In this document: piece by piece, positions 12,605 through 25,371 of the stretch
Numbering within the stretch: the stretch's first letter is position 1
Layout: each line of letters opens with the position of its first letter
Assembly: GCF_036321535.1 (NCBI RefSeq)
Contig: NC_087436.1
Location: forward strand, 42,286,001-42,350,000
Reading direction: 5' to 3'
DNA length: 64,000 nucleotides
From: Camelus dromedarius
Lineage: Eukaryota
Notes under the pieces: model-generated
Seen by the model: the letters and a program-made list of their open reading frames with translations, nothing else
Told to the model about the DNA's origin: nothing
Database searches by the model: none
Program-made: the position numbers and the translations under genes

Positions 12605-13019
12605 ATCTAGATAAGACCCCTGAGTATTACAAAATGTGAATTTTTGTTCACAGAGCATTAAATGATTTTCCCAAAGTCATGGGACTTTATTGCTGAAAGA
12701 AGGCGGGAATTTTGATTCCTTCATTCACTGCCTGCCACTCTCCTCACTGTATCACGTGCAGCCTTCTTATTCAAAATGTCTGTTTAACCTTGTAACTGAA
12801 AAATAAGGGGAGATATAACATTTCCTGAGGTTTTCTGCATTTCCAACATTAATCAGTTATAAAAGGCACTGTGTAGGAGATCAATCCTTAGATGACTACT
12901 GAAACAAGGATTATTGCACAATGCATAACTATTTTGGAAGCAAAGATTTATTATACCTTCACTTACTTATGGATTAAAAAAATCAGAGTTGGATTAATAT
13001 TCAACCTACTCTATAGTAT

Positions 13020-13915
13020 TGAAAGGGAGCAGGACTCTGGGGGACCTCCCTGATACAAATCATTTCTGTCCCGCATCTCTCTTTTGTAAGAAATAGGCTT
13101 CATGCAGCCTCCTTGGCCTTCCCTGAGTTTCAAAGGGCAGATTCAAAAAGTTGCTAATCAGGGAGGGAGGGAACACAGAAACGAGGGAGGAGCACTCAGG
13201 AAACAATAGTGCAGCCCTGGGATAGGGTCCTGGTTCCTCCTCAAGGAATATACATAACTATGTCTTTGAGTTCTTCTCCAGGAATTAAGGCTCCCCCATC
13301 CATGTCTCTTTGTTTATTGGCTGAGCAGAATCTTTGGAGATATTTTTGCTGGGGGGAGATGCTGGATCCTGTTGCCCCTGGGATCATATCCTTGCCCCTC
13401 CCTTAGATAGAAACCAATAACCCTTATCCAAGTCTCAGGAGGCAACTGCAAAGAGAAGAAATAAGAACTGGTTAAAACCAGAGGAGCCCAAGATGGCGGA
13501 GGATTTGACTTCCACTGGACTTTGAGCCTCATTATGCCTTCACTGTAATGTATTAGCATGTTAAATGACACACCCACCAGCACTGTGACAGTTGACGATT
13601 GCCATAACAACTGGAAAAGCCCATACAAGGACAGAAAAGAAAAATGATTGGCTCCAGCACACCCGGAAGGAGGACATGATGGCAGAAGTCTCCCATAAAA
13701 TCCACGTGGCTCGAGCCACAGCTGGAGCTGTCTCCATCTGCCGTCTTGTCTGATAGCTCCCCGCTCAAGTGCCTTTCTTCCCTTTCCTTTTTTGACAAAT
13801 GAAGCAGCTCTTGCTCTGTTCCTCTGCCTCAATTGTGAGTTCTTTCCCGCCGGCAGGCAAGAATCCACCTTTTGTGGGATCCCCATTCTAAGGGGGAGTC
13901 TTTCATCTGCTAACA
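13020..13915 (+). mobile_element. ERV1 solo LTR (MER41-like, longer subtype)
   Basis: TG...CA termini, perfect 4-bp TSD GTAT (13016-13019 and 13916-13919), YY1-type CAAGATGGCGG at 13489. Shares a homologous block (13501-13588) with the LTR at 5761-5850. Confidence 0.9.
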
Positions 13916-14308
13916 GTATTGCGTTTCACACATTACTTTTATATACATATATATCCTCAGGAGAAAGTAAGAACAATTTTCTGAGATAATTTATCATCTT
14001 GCTTTTAAATGAAGAAAAGAAATAAGTTCTGTTGCCTAGATGTTTCCCACGTATTTCACTCATGTCAGGAAAAATAATTGTTTGATCAAAATAGCACCTG
14101 CCTACATGCCCCAGCTGAGGAGGTGATTAATGGATTCTCATTAGTAGTTACAACTCTAGAATGATCCAGGAGCCTTTTGAGATCCTCACCCTGATCATCC
14201 GCCTCCTTCCCCTATCTTCGCCTTGAGAGTGACTGCTCTGCCTCCTCCAGGCATTTACAGACCTGCTAGGAGACAGAGGTTAAAAGCAGGGATTGCAGTA
14301 ACTCCCTG

Positions 14309-14801
14309 TGTTGACTGAAAAAAACGCACACCCTAAAAGAGAGAGTTATGTTGTATTTGGCGGACTTTCTGAGAACTTCAAGCCCAGGAAGCAGCCTCTC
14401 AGATAGTTCTGCTCCAAAGAGGTAAAGGAGGAGCCAGGATATACAGGATTTTTTGCAACAAAGACCAGGTAGTCAGAATATCAAAAGATTACTATTAATT
14501 AAAGAAAACCAGATATTTCAAGTTAAGGAATTTCTAGGTATGAGAAGATGCAAGAGTCTTGGCTCACTGAAATCATTCTTTTGATATGCACCTTGGCCTC
14601 TAGGGCTAGTATGCTGTAGTTTCCATCCTGAGACCCATCAGAATGCACCACTGAGGGTGGCAGCAGTGGCTGAGGGCTTGGCAGCAGGTGGCCCATTTGT
14701 CTCCATCCTGAGTTCCCTCTGGCTCATCATACTGGGTGGCTATAGTGCCTTGATGGCTGCAACATCCTTACTGATGGGGCAGGCAGCATTTTTTATTCAC
14801 A
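14309..14801 (-). mobile_element. ERV1 solo LTR, cetartiodactyl-type
   Basis: TGTTGACTGAAAAAAACGCACACCCTAAAAG...TTTATTCACA termini and 4-bp TSD CCTG/CCGG (one mismatch). Confidence 0.8.
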
Positions 14802-15534
14802 CCGGTTTATTCTTTCCCAGACCAAAAGAATAAGAAAATTCAAACAAAATGCTCTAATTACCTCTTTGTAACTGTATTCTAAATTTCTATTTCTGCCTTT
14901 GGTGAAAATCCTGTTCCTACATACTGAGGAAGGGAAAGGAGTCTTTCCCATCCTTTGCTAAGCCCATCCTTGGTGTTACAGCTGCTTCTCACATCATTAG
15001 CTCTCCCTGGGCCTCTGATCACTGCACTTGTGGACCAGCTCCCTTGGAGCAGTGGCATTACTGCTGCCTTGGCTTCAGTGGAGAGCACGTAGGGGAGACC
15101 ACACTACCCTCTACTATCTGCCCCCTTAATTCCCCACAACACTACTAAACCAGTGTGTGGCTGTGTCCTGAGGTTACAGGCACAACTAGAGAGAGTAGGT
15201 GGGTAATAGGGTATAGGAGGAGAATCCACTTAACACTGAATGCTAAATATGACTGTTGCCAGAGTCCAGGGAAAAGGCTAACCTCAGAATGGTATCTCTA
15301 CTGTGGACATGAGCCAGTTCATAGACCTGCTCCTCATCTTGCTCCACGACTCAAGAAGAGATCCTCCTTTATCAGATACCCAGAGGATCAATTTTCCTAC
15401 CACTTTGGGAAAATAACTACCAGTATCCACACAAATTATATATACCTGGGGCCATTTCTTTATTAGGGAAGTACATGGGATTAAATAAAAATAAAACAGC
15501 ATTGGCTGGGGCTTTGGCAAGAAATGCCCTGATG

Positions 15535-15935
15535 TTGGATTCCTGAAAAGTATTATCAGACACTCTTGTTAATAAAGACAAACTCAGTTTATTCTAACTG
15601 GTAGCAAGGGAAGTAGAGTCTTAGCAGTATCTCAGAAGGAGGAAATTTAGAAGGTTTGATGTCTAGGAAGGTCTTTCAAGGCACGGAAATGGTTAGGATT
15701 GGGCAATGTTTGTGATACAACAGTTTACGGCTGTTGGATGCAGTGAAGTGAGGGTTCTGAAGTGATGAGTAAACTGTTATTTGATAAACTATCTCCTTAC
15801 TCATGTGAGCAGAGTATTATCTCTGATAAATTGGATCTGTAGGAATTTCTTACAGCCAATAGTAAAATTATTCATCAGCTTAGTTTTATCCTTTCCAGGG
15901 GAAAGTTCCTCCCCCCAAGAAAACAAGTCACAGTG
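15535..15935 (-). mobile_element. Old ERV1-like LTR remnant
   Basis: Organisation similar to the 3144 element (AAAAGTATTATCAGACACTCTTGTTAA...TTTTATTC). Heavily diverged. Confidence 0.4.
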
Positions 15936-16944
15936 ACATAGCTGGTTCCAGTTCTCACTAGGATGCTCTTTAGTGCTCCAAGTAGCAGAAAAGGCCAGCT
16001 GTAGTACTGGCAATTCAAATTGATGAATCTGTGGTGTTTCCAGTGGTGTAAGCAAACACACACACAAACAGCAACATCTCCCAAGAACTGACATTAATTT
16101 TTTAGAGGTGGTACAGCCATGATACTCAGAAAGGAAGAGACCTATTCTTCCTCAAGTGATACTGTTTTTTAGAGATTTTCCCTAACCAAAATAAAGATAG
16201 AGATTTACACTATCACCTAGATGAGTCTGATTGTCCACTCTGTCTCTAGATCACTCCAAGAGATTTCCTGATTCATTCCATTACTAATAAGGAGATTCTA
16301 AGTACCTTGTCAAAAACAGAACGATATCGTCCTTAAAACTCCTAACAAGAACTTTGAAATTAAAATTTTGCTTTATTACGGGCCAGGCCAAATTCACTAA
16401 TATTTGAAAACTGAAAGTAAATCACAGAAGCCCCTTATTATATCTAAATTAAAGGCTATCACTACGTGTGGCAGTTCTAGATAAATAATTTGCAAATAAT
16501 TGTGTCTCTCTTCTTTTTCCTTTATCTTCTATAAAAATGACAGCAGTTGTGCTTAAAATGGTCTGAGAATTTATTGAAGAAATAGTTAAGCTAAATTTAA
16601 TTCATTTGATACTGATTGCTGTATAGTATTTTAATTTCAGTAAAAAGAATGTTAAATTAAAACTTCTTGGTGATTTTAGCATGCAAAAGTTGTTCATTCA
16701 TTAAATTAGCAAATATTTACATACTATTTTTAATAGGCACAAGGTTTTTTTAAAAAATGAAATAAACAATGCAATTACTTTTCTGGAGTAACTTTTGGTC
16801 AGTAAGTGAGATGCACAAACTCTTGTAGTACAACATGATAACCTAACTGTGATTACATAAAGGTGTTTTGGGAGGATCCAAATCCATTTTATGTCGGGTT
16901 TGAATAAAGTGGAGCCAGCTTGTGGGAATGTGGTGGATTTGACT

Positions 16945-17130
16945 ACCTACTGTGCCTCAAGTACCTTATATTATTAAAAAATCACAATAGCCTGTAAGAA
17001 ATGCATTGTTATCTCAATTTTATAAGTGCGCAAATGTATGCTTATAAATGTTAAGAATGCTCAATGCCCACACTAGTGAGCAGCCAAGGCTGATTTGGAA
17101 CCCAGCTCTTCTTGGCTCTGAATCATTTAC
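16945..17130 (-). mobile_element. MIR SINE
   Basis: CACAATAGCCTGTAAG...ATTGTTATCTCAATTTTATAAG...GCTGATTTGGAACCCAG, antisense MIR core. Confidence 0.6.
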
Positions 17131-17789
17131 TATTTCCAGGAACTAAGCTGAAGCTCCAAAAGACAAAGACCTGAATTCTAAAGTTTAGGCAGGAAATATC
17201 AGTAAATTATTCCAGGAACTGAAGCGGGAGAATAAATAATGAAAGTAAAATTTAGAAAAATAATCTGAGAGGGATGTTAAGGAGGAGGGAAGTGTATCTA
17301 CAGAGAAATCAACCAGCTGACTAGAGTATCGACATGGGAAGGGCTTACTCTTGAATGGTTATAGCAAATGAAAATTAACCCTAATTAACCAATTACTAGG
17401 TACCACTTTCTCTGCTAGGCATTCTAATAATAACAGAGTTCCTAATTAAGTGTATTCAGGTGCTAAAATAATTTAGGCAAACTTACAGAATGTTTTATGT
17501 GTCATGAAACAATCAACCATTTGATGCTAATTAAACACAAAAATGGGGTTGGGATTTTATATTTTAAGTTATATGTGTTATCTGGGTTTTTATTAGATTA
17601 TTGCTATAACAATCTAATTAGTTTGTAGTCATTATTTTAATGGATTGACAAACAGTAACTGGAAAAATTTAGAACTTTGTCTCCTTTAGAAACATGGCTT
17701 TACATTCTTTCCTTAAATTGGCAGGCATGCATGATTAAAATAGCATAATCATTCCATAACTCCTTCAAACACCCAACACGTGTCAATAA

Positions 17790-18030
17790 TATTCAGTATA
17801 TTATTACATGCTATCCTGTCTGCAACACAGAGATTTAATAAACATTGATTAGCTTAACCTTCACAAGAATGCTATGATTCACGTTACACACTTACTCACT
17901 TTATAGAGAGCCTATAAAAGAAGGATTATATAAGCCTAAGAAAGATTATATGACATGCATAAAGTTTCTTATCTGGGAAACAGCAGGGCTTGGATCAGAC
18001 ATTAAGTCTATTTGAGAGTGGCCCATGCCC
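17790..18030 (-). mobile_element. MIR SINE
   Basis: TTAACCTTCACAAGAATGCTATGA...ACTTTATAG...GATTATATGACATGCATAAAG, antisense MIR core. Confidence 0.5.
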
Positions 18031-18051
18031 TTGCTGTTCCCACTATCTCTT

Positions 18052-18181
18052 TTTTAAAATATTTTTTAATTGAAGTATAGTCAGTTTACAATATTGTGTC
18101 AATTTCTGTGAACAGCATAATGCTTCAGTCATACATGAACATGCATATATTTGTTTTCATATTCTTTTTAACCATAAGTTG
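18052..18181 (-). mobile_element. Young 5'-truncated L1 3' end
   Basis: TTTTAATTGAAGTATAGTCAGTTTACAAT... with TSD CCCACT(A/G)TCTCTT at 18039-18051 and 18182-18194. Confidence 0.85.
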
Positions 18182-18729
18182 CCCACTGTCTCTTGAATCC
18201 TTGATCACTATAGGTGACAATTCAAAACAATATGAGTATTTCCATTTAACTTTCAGTGAGTGGATCTGAGGGAATAGTAAAAGTTATCTGGTTTGTCCAT
18301 ACTTTCTTTGCTTTCTCAGCACTTAAGAAGATAAAGTGAGAGAATTAACACAGAAAACAGTCACACAATACAGGGATTTTTTTTTTTTTTAACTTCAACA
18401 TTAGTTGAATTTTATATGCTTTTATTTGGCTGTCCAAGAAAAATCTGATAGAAAAATCCTTTCCCTCTTAAGTTTTTGTAGTAGTTTATTTCCACACAAC
18501 AACAAAGCAAACAAAATCTTTCCCTTTAGGGTTTTTCTCTTGAGATTCTGTGAGGACTGCTGACCTTGAAGTTCACGAGGTTAATGATTCAACCATAACC
18601 TGTTGAAGTTAATTAGCTATACTTTAATGCCTCTCAAAAGGCACTGCCTGGCTTTCTCACACTCCAATAGTCTAGTAACTAAACAACGCAGAGATATATT
18701 AGAATAAGTATTATCTGGCTCACCTACTT

Positions 18730-19480
18730 TTTTTTTGGTTCTATTATAGTTTTCTTTTTATACTTTTTTAGATTCTTTTCTCCTTTTTCTCTTTTAATTT
18801 AAACCAATAAATTTTCTTCAGTGTACTACTTTTGTTGCACCCAATTTTGTTGTGATGTGTTTTATTGTTCAATTTTAGCTATTTTCTAGTTTCTAGGATG
18901 ATTTCATATTTAATCTATGTATTATTTACAAGCATGTTTCTACTACAAATATACAGGGATTTTAAGTTTATCTGGTCATTAAATTCTACCTTAATTCCCT
19001 TTGCAGTCAGAGAAAGTAATCTGCATGTTACATATTTATTAAAATTTGTTGAAGCTTATTTTATGTCTTAGTATATGGGTTTTAAAAAAAAATTTCCATG
19101 TGTGGGGTGAGAAATGTATGTATTCTCATTGCTAGATATAGATTTTGATACATGCCCACTAGGTCAAACTTGTTGTGTCGTTTTGTTGAGACTTTCTATA
19201 TCCTTGTCAATGTGTTATCTGTTTAGCTTATCAATAATTGAGAGGTTTCTGAAATTGTCTAGTATGAAAGTAGATTTGCAATTACTTCCTCTAGTTTAAT
19301 CCATTAATGCTTATATATTTTAAGACTATTTTTATTAGATGCATATCTATTTAGAGATGCCATATCATATTGGTGAGGTGATCATTTTCTCTTAATGTAG
19401 TAACTGTCTTTATCCCTCATGGTTCTTTTCGTCCCAGAGTGTTTTGTTTGATATCAACATAACCTTATCCGCTTTTTCAG
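18730..19480 (-). mobile_element. Old L1 ORF2 (endonuclease region) fragment
   Basis: T-rich antisense L1 text (TTAAATTCTACCTTAATTCC...ATCAATAATTGAGAGG...TTGTTTGATATCAACATAAC). Confidence 0.7.
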
Positions 19481-19539
19481 AATGATTTGTTTTACATGTT
19501 CCCCATTTGCCAAATAAGAATTTTATTGTGACTTCCTGC

Positions 19540-19750
19540 CCATTCTTCTTCACCACATATTAGGTGTGTGTTTTGGTGGCAGTAGATAATCTGTCACTTT
19601 AGTTCAGACCTTCAGGACTAAGAAGAGCCACAGATGGATCTGAGGAGAGAACTGTTTATCATCTAGATATCCTGGATTTTATGATCATTGCAGTGACTGG
19701 AAGGGACTTGGGATTCCCTTTGGGGGAAGAGAGTTGGGTGGAGAAGGTGG
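19540..19750 (-). mobile_element. ERVL-class LTR fragment (LTR40/41-like)
   Basis: GTAGATAATCTGTCACTTTAGTTCAGACC...AGAGCCACAGATGG...GATATCCTGGATTTT resembles old ERVL LTRs. Confidence 0.4.
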
Positions 19751-20960
19751 AACAGTTAGCTCGGGCCTCATCAGTACCCACAGTCTTCAACTCCTACCCC
19801 AACTGGGTATGCATCACTAGTCAGATTTAACCCCTAAGGATTCTTGTACCAGATGACTGAACCTCTGCCACTAACTCCTGAGGTGAAGGGTAGGCATTCT
19901 CACTGCCCAAGGCAACATGAGGATGGTGGGAGTGGGGAGCATGGTGGATAAAAATTCAAATGCAGAACTCAGACTATTTTTCCTCAATTATCCTAACATT
20001 ACCAGCTGCAAGCCTCCTCTTTCTCCGGTCCATAGATATGACCACCCTCTGCACACACATACCATTCTAAGTAGTACCCTCTTCTCCTCATCAATTACTC
20101 ACTGTTTACTTCTTTATTGTTCATACATTTCTTGCATGTCTTTATAGTCTGTTAGGGTTGATCTTGGGGAAAGGAACAATTAGCTAAAGTTAAATAAGTA
20201 TACTGACACAACCCAAATGACAAAAAATGTTTACTTTCTACTTCTACTCTATCATTCTATAATAATGTGTAAACTTTTTTAATAGAAAAAAAGCATTTCC
20301 AAATTAGATCAGCACCTGTCAATAATTATTTGATACATATTATTAGCTAATCACATGATAGTTCATAGCTGAATTAAATAACATTTTAAATACCTTGCTC
20401 TCTCTAATAAGGTTCAAAATTTAAGAAAAAATGGAAGTCTCACTTAAATATTGTACCTGTAACAAATATCTACACCTACTTTAAGAACTAGCTTCTTTAA
20501 TCTACCACCTACAAGTCCTTCTACAAACTTCCTGAAAATGGAGTTCTGAGACAGATAATTCCATGACACTGAAGTGAATTTCATCACCGCATGAACTCTG
20601 GTGTTGGGCAGGGAGCTATAAAGATGAAGAAAAACCAATTGTTAAAATATTAAAAGCAGGTAGGCCAGAAGCATCATCTCAGAAAAAGTGATTTAATTAT
20701 AGATAGGTGGGAATTAGCGACTGATAAACTAACTCCTGTGTGGCTCTAACGATTATGACTGCTTCTTCTCTGCAAAAGTTTCAGACCAAATGTTCAGGTA
20801 AGTGTTAATCTGCCAAATGCAACAGATTTTTCTTTTTAGCCACCCTCGTTTTTAGCTGCCAACAGGATAATCCAAGCACACTCAGGTGAAGAGTGTTTAA
20901 GACCTAAATTTTCTCTTTACTCATTTCCTTTCAATTAATTAAATCAGGGCATCATTCTTT

Positions 20961-21072
20961 TTTTTTTTTTTTTTCTCTTGAAGTATAGTCAGTTGATAAT
21001 GTGTCACTTTCTGGTGTACAGCATCATGTTTCAGTCATACATATATATACATATATTCCTTTTCATATTCAT
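20961..21072 (-). mobile_element. Young 5'-truncated L1 3' end
   Basis: Poly-T followed by TTGAAGTATAGTCAG, with TSD GG(C/T)ATCATTCTTT at 20948-20960 and 21073-21085. Confidence 0.85.
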
Positions 21073-21239
21073 GGTATCATTCTTTAAAAGTAAAATACAA
21101 ACTATTGCGAAGTAAAATGTATTACTATGGATCACAATTAAAAACAGAAAGCAATCAACTGGTAAAGATAACTGCACTCTCTCAGAAATAGTTGGCAAAA
21201 CTTAAGAATACAGCGTAAGGTCACTGAATACAGAATCAC

Positions 21240-21752
21240 TGTGCAGAGCTATTATTAGTTCCCTTCCCCGAACTTCCTTTCCTTCTTCCCTACTTGAGTA
21301 GGGAAGCAATGCACCTAGTGGAAAAAACAAAACAAAACAAGTACTTCCTTGCTTCCCTTGCAGCTAGAAGTGTCTTTGTGACAGGTTTCTGGGCAGAGAC
21401 AAGAGCAGAATTCATACTATGGAGCCACAGGGAAAGCTGTTGACTGAACCAGTTCTCTTGGCCTAGTTCCTTGTTTGCCTCTGCTGTTCTCCCTTTGCGT
21501 GTGCAGAACACAGAAGCATGGTTTGAGATGCAGGAGTCACCTTCAGACCACAAGGATCACTACCAGAAACTAAGATTAAAAAGAAAAACACAAAGAGCCT
21601 GGGTTCCTGCTGGCATCTTTAAGCCCCCATTTAAGCTCTTGTCTGTTGTCCTCTGGACTTTGTTTTATTAAACAATCATCCTATTATTGGTTTAAGCCAC
21701 ACTTTGGGTAGAATTTCTATTACTGCCAACTGAAATCAACCTTAATGGATAC
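21240..21752 (+). mobile_element. MaLR solo LTR (MLT1 old subfamily)
   Basis: TTCCCTTGCAGCTAG...TGTGAC and a 3' end GGTTTAAGCCAC...TTCTATTACTGCCAACTGAAATCAACCTTAATGGATAC. Confidence 0.7.
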
Positions 21753-21897
21753 CTGTACAATTCTTATGATTAAGTTTACAAGCCATTTTTGAAGACAATA
21801 TTTAAATTCAAATTCTTTCATTAGTAGAGTAGGATTTTTGGATTGTATTTTCTATTTGGTTTGTATGGGTAAATATTTTTGAAGGCAAACCATCTCA

Positions 21898-22122
21898 TTA
21901 ATTAAGCACATTGACTTTGGAGTCAGAATGTTAAAATTCTGGCTTGTCTACTTACTAGCCATGTGACTTGGCCAAGTACTTATCCCCCATGGACCTCAGT
22001 TCCCTCTTCTGCAAAATTTGTACATATCATAGAGTTCTTTTGAGGATAAGAGTTGTATGTGACACACTTAGTTCTTGGCATAGAGTAAGTACTAAATTAT
22101 TGTTTGTCATTATTATCATCAT
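21898..22122 (+). mobile_element. MIR SINE
   Basis: ACTTTGGAGTCAGA...ACTTACTAGCCATGTGACTTGGCCAAGT...CCTCAGTTCCCTCTTCTGCAAAAT, with an ATTATTATCATC tail. Confidence 0.8.
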
Positions 22123-22359
22123 CCAGGGATTATTGGTTTTAGGTGGACATAATAATAAATTAATTTGCTTGTACTGTTGACAAAAACATTGCATACATCT
22201 TATTGTAGTTTTTCACATAAAGCTCTTAATTTTCTCTCACAATGCTATAAATTTGTTGAAGGCCAGAGGGACATTTTACAGAATTGTACAGTCTAATACA
22301 GCCATTGTTCCTATGTGACGATTGGGCACTCAAAACATGGCTAGTAAGAATAAATGTGT

Positions 22360-22566
22360 GATGTAAATGTAAAGTACACATAAAACTTAGTACTAAAAGA
22401 AAACTGTAAAATATTCTATAATAATTTTTATGTTGATTACATATTAAGTGACCACTTAGGATATGTTTAATTAAATATATTTTTAATGAATTTTTAATAT
22501 TTTCAGTGCAGCTAATAGCTTAAAATTATGTATGTAGCTTATATAATATTTCTCTTTATAGTTGCT
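22360..22566. mobile_element. hAT-Charlie fragment (MER33/Charlie1-like)
   Basis: AAAGTACAC...TAATTTTATGTTGATTACATATTAAG...TTAAAATTATGTATGTAGCTT matches the recalled MER33-type text. Confidence 0.55.
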
Positions 22567-22699
22567 TAATACAACAGGCAGGCAACAGATACTTTAGGAA
22601 TGATTAAATTCTAATTGCTTAGTTACTTGTCTATCCCCCCTTCTCCGTGACCTCCACCGCCAGCCACTGCCATACACTCTCCCTGGAATAGAAATTACT

Positions 22700-22790
22700 C
22701 ACCACTGTATTTTAAGAGCTTCATCACAATGCCTGGCACACAGTATGTAGTTCTAAATAAACTTGGTGAGAAGAGTGAGGGATGGATGAA
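22700..22790 (+). mobile_element. L2 3' end
   Basis: CACTGTATT...CACAATGCCTGGCACACAGTA...ATAAACTTGGTGAG. Confidence 0.6.
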
Positions 22791-22864
22791 GAAAATCTGT
22801 CTGCACTTGCCTATTCTGTTCATACGGACCTAAAGGGGATTAGACAACTTTGTCTCTGTTTCAG

Positions 22865-23060
22865 GAGCTACAATAGTGTTCAGCATGCACTAACTTATTT
22901 AGTACTCTCAGTAGCTTCCAAAGATACATGTTATTCCCTTTTTTCTAAAAGAAAAACCTGAGGATCACAGAGGTAAAATAATTGGGATAATGTAAAACAA
23001 AGTGTCCTGGTGACACTCATATTGGAATCAAAATATACATAACTGCAAACCTAGTTCTTT
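22865..23060 (-). mobile_element. MIR SINE
   Basis: TTATTCCCTTTTT...GAAAAACCTGAGGATCACAGAGGTAAAATAATT core. Confidence 0.55.
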
Positions 23061-23464
23061 TTATTTCTCTGCTCAGTGCCCTCCCAACATGTAATCTGTC
23101 ATCCAGTGACATCAGTCTTTAATTTAACAAGTAAACTTTGAAGACTGGCTACATTTTATTTAAGGATGCATAATCATGAATGATTACATATTACATTAAT
23201 CCTGAATACTGATCTGTGTTCTGGTTTAGAAAGCAAGAAAAGAAATGTGATATGTTAAATATAAATATTCTAGTGGGGAGAGGGTAGAAAATTTAGATGA
23301 AAAGGGTACAAATGGATAATTAGGATATGATATAGGCCTGTTCAGAAGAGAGAAACCTAACAAGATAAGTAGCTGTGTCATATGGAGAAAAAAATACGTT
23401 AAAAGCTCAAAGTAGCATGGAAAAAAAAAAAAAAAGATAACCAAGCTGGATAAGGAAGAAAAAC

Positions 23465-23690
23465 TAATATTTAATCACAATTTATTGTCAGACTGTATGG
23501 CAGGTTCTTTTACATGAGGTGTTACACTAACACCTAATTATAAGTTCAGTTGATAAATATTAGCAATTTGACTTAAATCATCAAGGAAATTAAGATTCAA
23601 AGATTTTAATTACTTGCCCAAGGTGGCAATGATTAGTAGAAACAAAATTTGAGCTAAGATCCATCTAACCACAAAGCACATGCTTTTTCC
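23465..23690 (-). mobile_element. MIR SINE
   Basis: AAGGAAATTAAGATTCAAAG...TAATTACTTGCCCAAGGT core. Confidence 0.55.
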
Positions 23691-24109
23691 AGAGTGCTTC
23701 AAAAGCTGACTTACAAGCAGGGACCCAGTTTGTAAGTGGGAAAGTCAATGGACGAACAAATGTAATGGCAGATATATATGAAATAGCCTTGCAGATGGAT
23801 GGGATAAAAAGCAGCATGATGGCTTTATATAGATGTTAACTAGATGGGCTATAATAAACTTTACAAAGTAGAAACAGTAAAAATTTAGAAATAAATAACA
23901 AGATTGAATTAATAAATTGTCACCCTAATTATTTATTGACTTGTGAAAAGATATAACTACAAAACATAGGAAATGGTAAAACACAGGGTCAATGGCCGAA
24001 ATATTCTCATTTTGTTAATGTGTAATAATTTTTAAATCCTTAGATTTATATTTTCTCTCAAATATAAGAATTCACATTAAATTCATTAACTTCAAAAAAT
24101 GTACTCACT

Positions 24110-24860
24110 GATTGCATTCTGATTGTAATCTTATTATTGATAATCTTTCTCTATTAGGTTTTGTTATTCCCCTTCTGCTTTCTTATACTGAACACAGGGT
24201 TTATTCATTTCATCTTTTCTTCATTGATAATAAAATATTTATAACTATTAATTTACCTGTAAATAGAGCTTTGATCATGTTATTGTTTGATTATACAATA
24301 TTTAAACTTTGTTACCTTTTCATAGTCTGTATTTTTTAAAACTTTCTCTTTCTTCCAAGAGTTAAATGAGGTTGTTCTTGTTTTAGTCTTTGATTTTGAA
24401 GTGGCAAGTGGTTGGATTGGGGTTTTGGTTTTTGTTATTTTGTTAAGTTGGACTACTAAGTCCTAATTTTATCACATCAATGACTTTGCAATATTACAGT
24501 AGTGAGTGACATTTGTAGATGTTCTAATATTACACCATCCTTGCATTTCTGGTTTATCTAATTTATCATGGTATGTTATCCTTTATATACAGTCTTGGTT
24601 TCTATTTAATAATCTGAGATTTTGCATCTCTATTCATGAATAAAAGGTATCTAAAAGTTTTACTTGTCATCCTATTCCTGTTTGTCTTTACTGTGGAATT
24701 ATTTAACCTCATAAAATGAGATGAATTCCTAGTTTTTCTATTCTTTGAAGATTTTTGTTTAATAATAAATTATTTGCTCTTTGAAACATTGGATGACCAG
24801 TAAAACTGTTCAGATTTGGTTTCCTTAGAGAAAGAACTTTTAACTGTTAATTTGATGGCC
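24110..24860 (-). mobile_element. Old L1 ORF2 fragments
   Basis: CCATCCTTGCATTTCTGG...GATTTTGCATCTCTATTCATGA...AACCTCATAAAATGAG, antisense L1 RT-proximal text. Confidence 0.65.
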
Positions 24861-25371
24861 TCTAAGTTTTACTGGTTTCTAGAGACTTGTTTTTATGACC
24901 TTAATAAAGAAATTAAGAAATTCCCAGGTGGAAACGTGAAAACCAATGACACCAAAACTCCTAATACTTTAAATGTGCTAGGCCTTAAGGAAAACACTCT
25001 AGGCTGAGGGAAAGCTATAAACCTATTAATGTCTTTCTCTTTGAAAAACAGGCTTTTCAAATGGAAATACATAGTGTATATGTGATGTGTGTGTTTGTGT
25101 GTGATGAAAGTGTGAATGAGACTCCACATGGCCTACATATATTCCAACCTTTTGTCAATTCAGAGTCTATAACTACCTCTCTTATCCATCTATAACTCCC
25201 AGATAAAATAAAAAACAGTATGCTTCCACCTCACCTGAAACTACACTTTGCATTACCAACGGCATGCCCTTCCTCTTCCTCAAAGAGGAAACCCGAAGTC
25301 TCATACATATATTTTACATACCTCTGGTTGATATTTATTCATCTTCTAGATCAACTGCAGATCTTTGATCT

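Noticed and set aside
13314..13886. Longest ORF (190 aa, minus strand)
   Set aside because: It lies entirely within a TSD-bounded solo LTR, starts at a non-ATG codon and has no recognisable domain.
14862..14923. Minus-strand exon-like segment with a strong acceptor (TCCTTTCCCTTCCTCAG)
   Set aside because: The frame that would join the next candidate exon contains TAG and the donor is mediocre. Likely a pseudo-exon.
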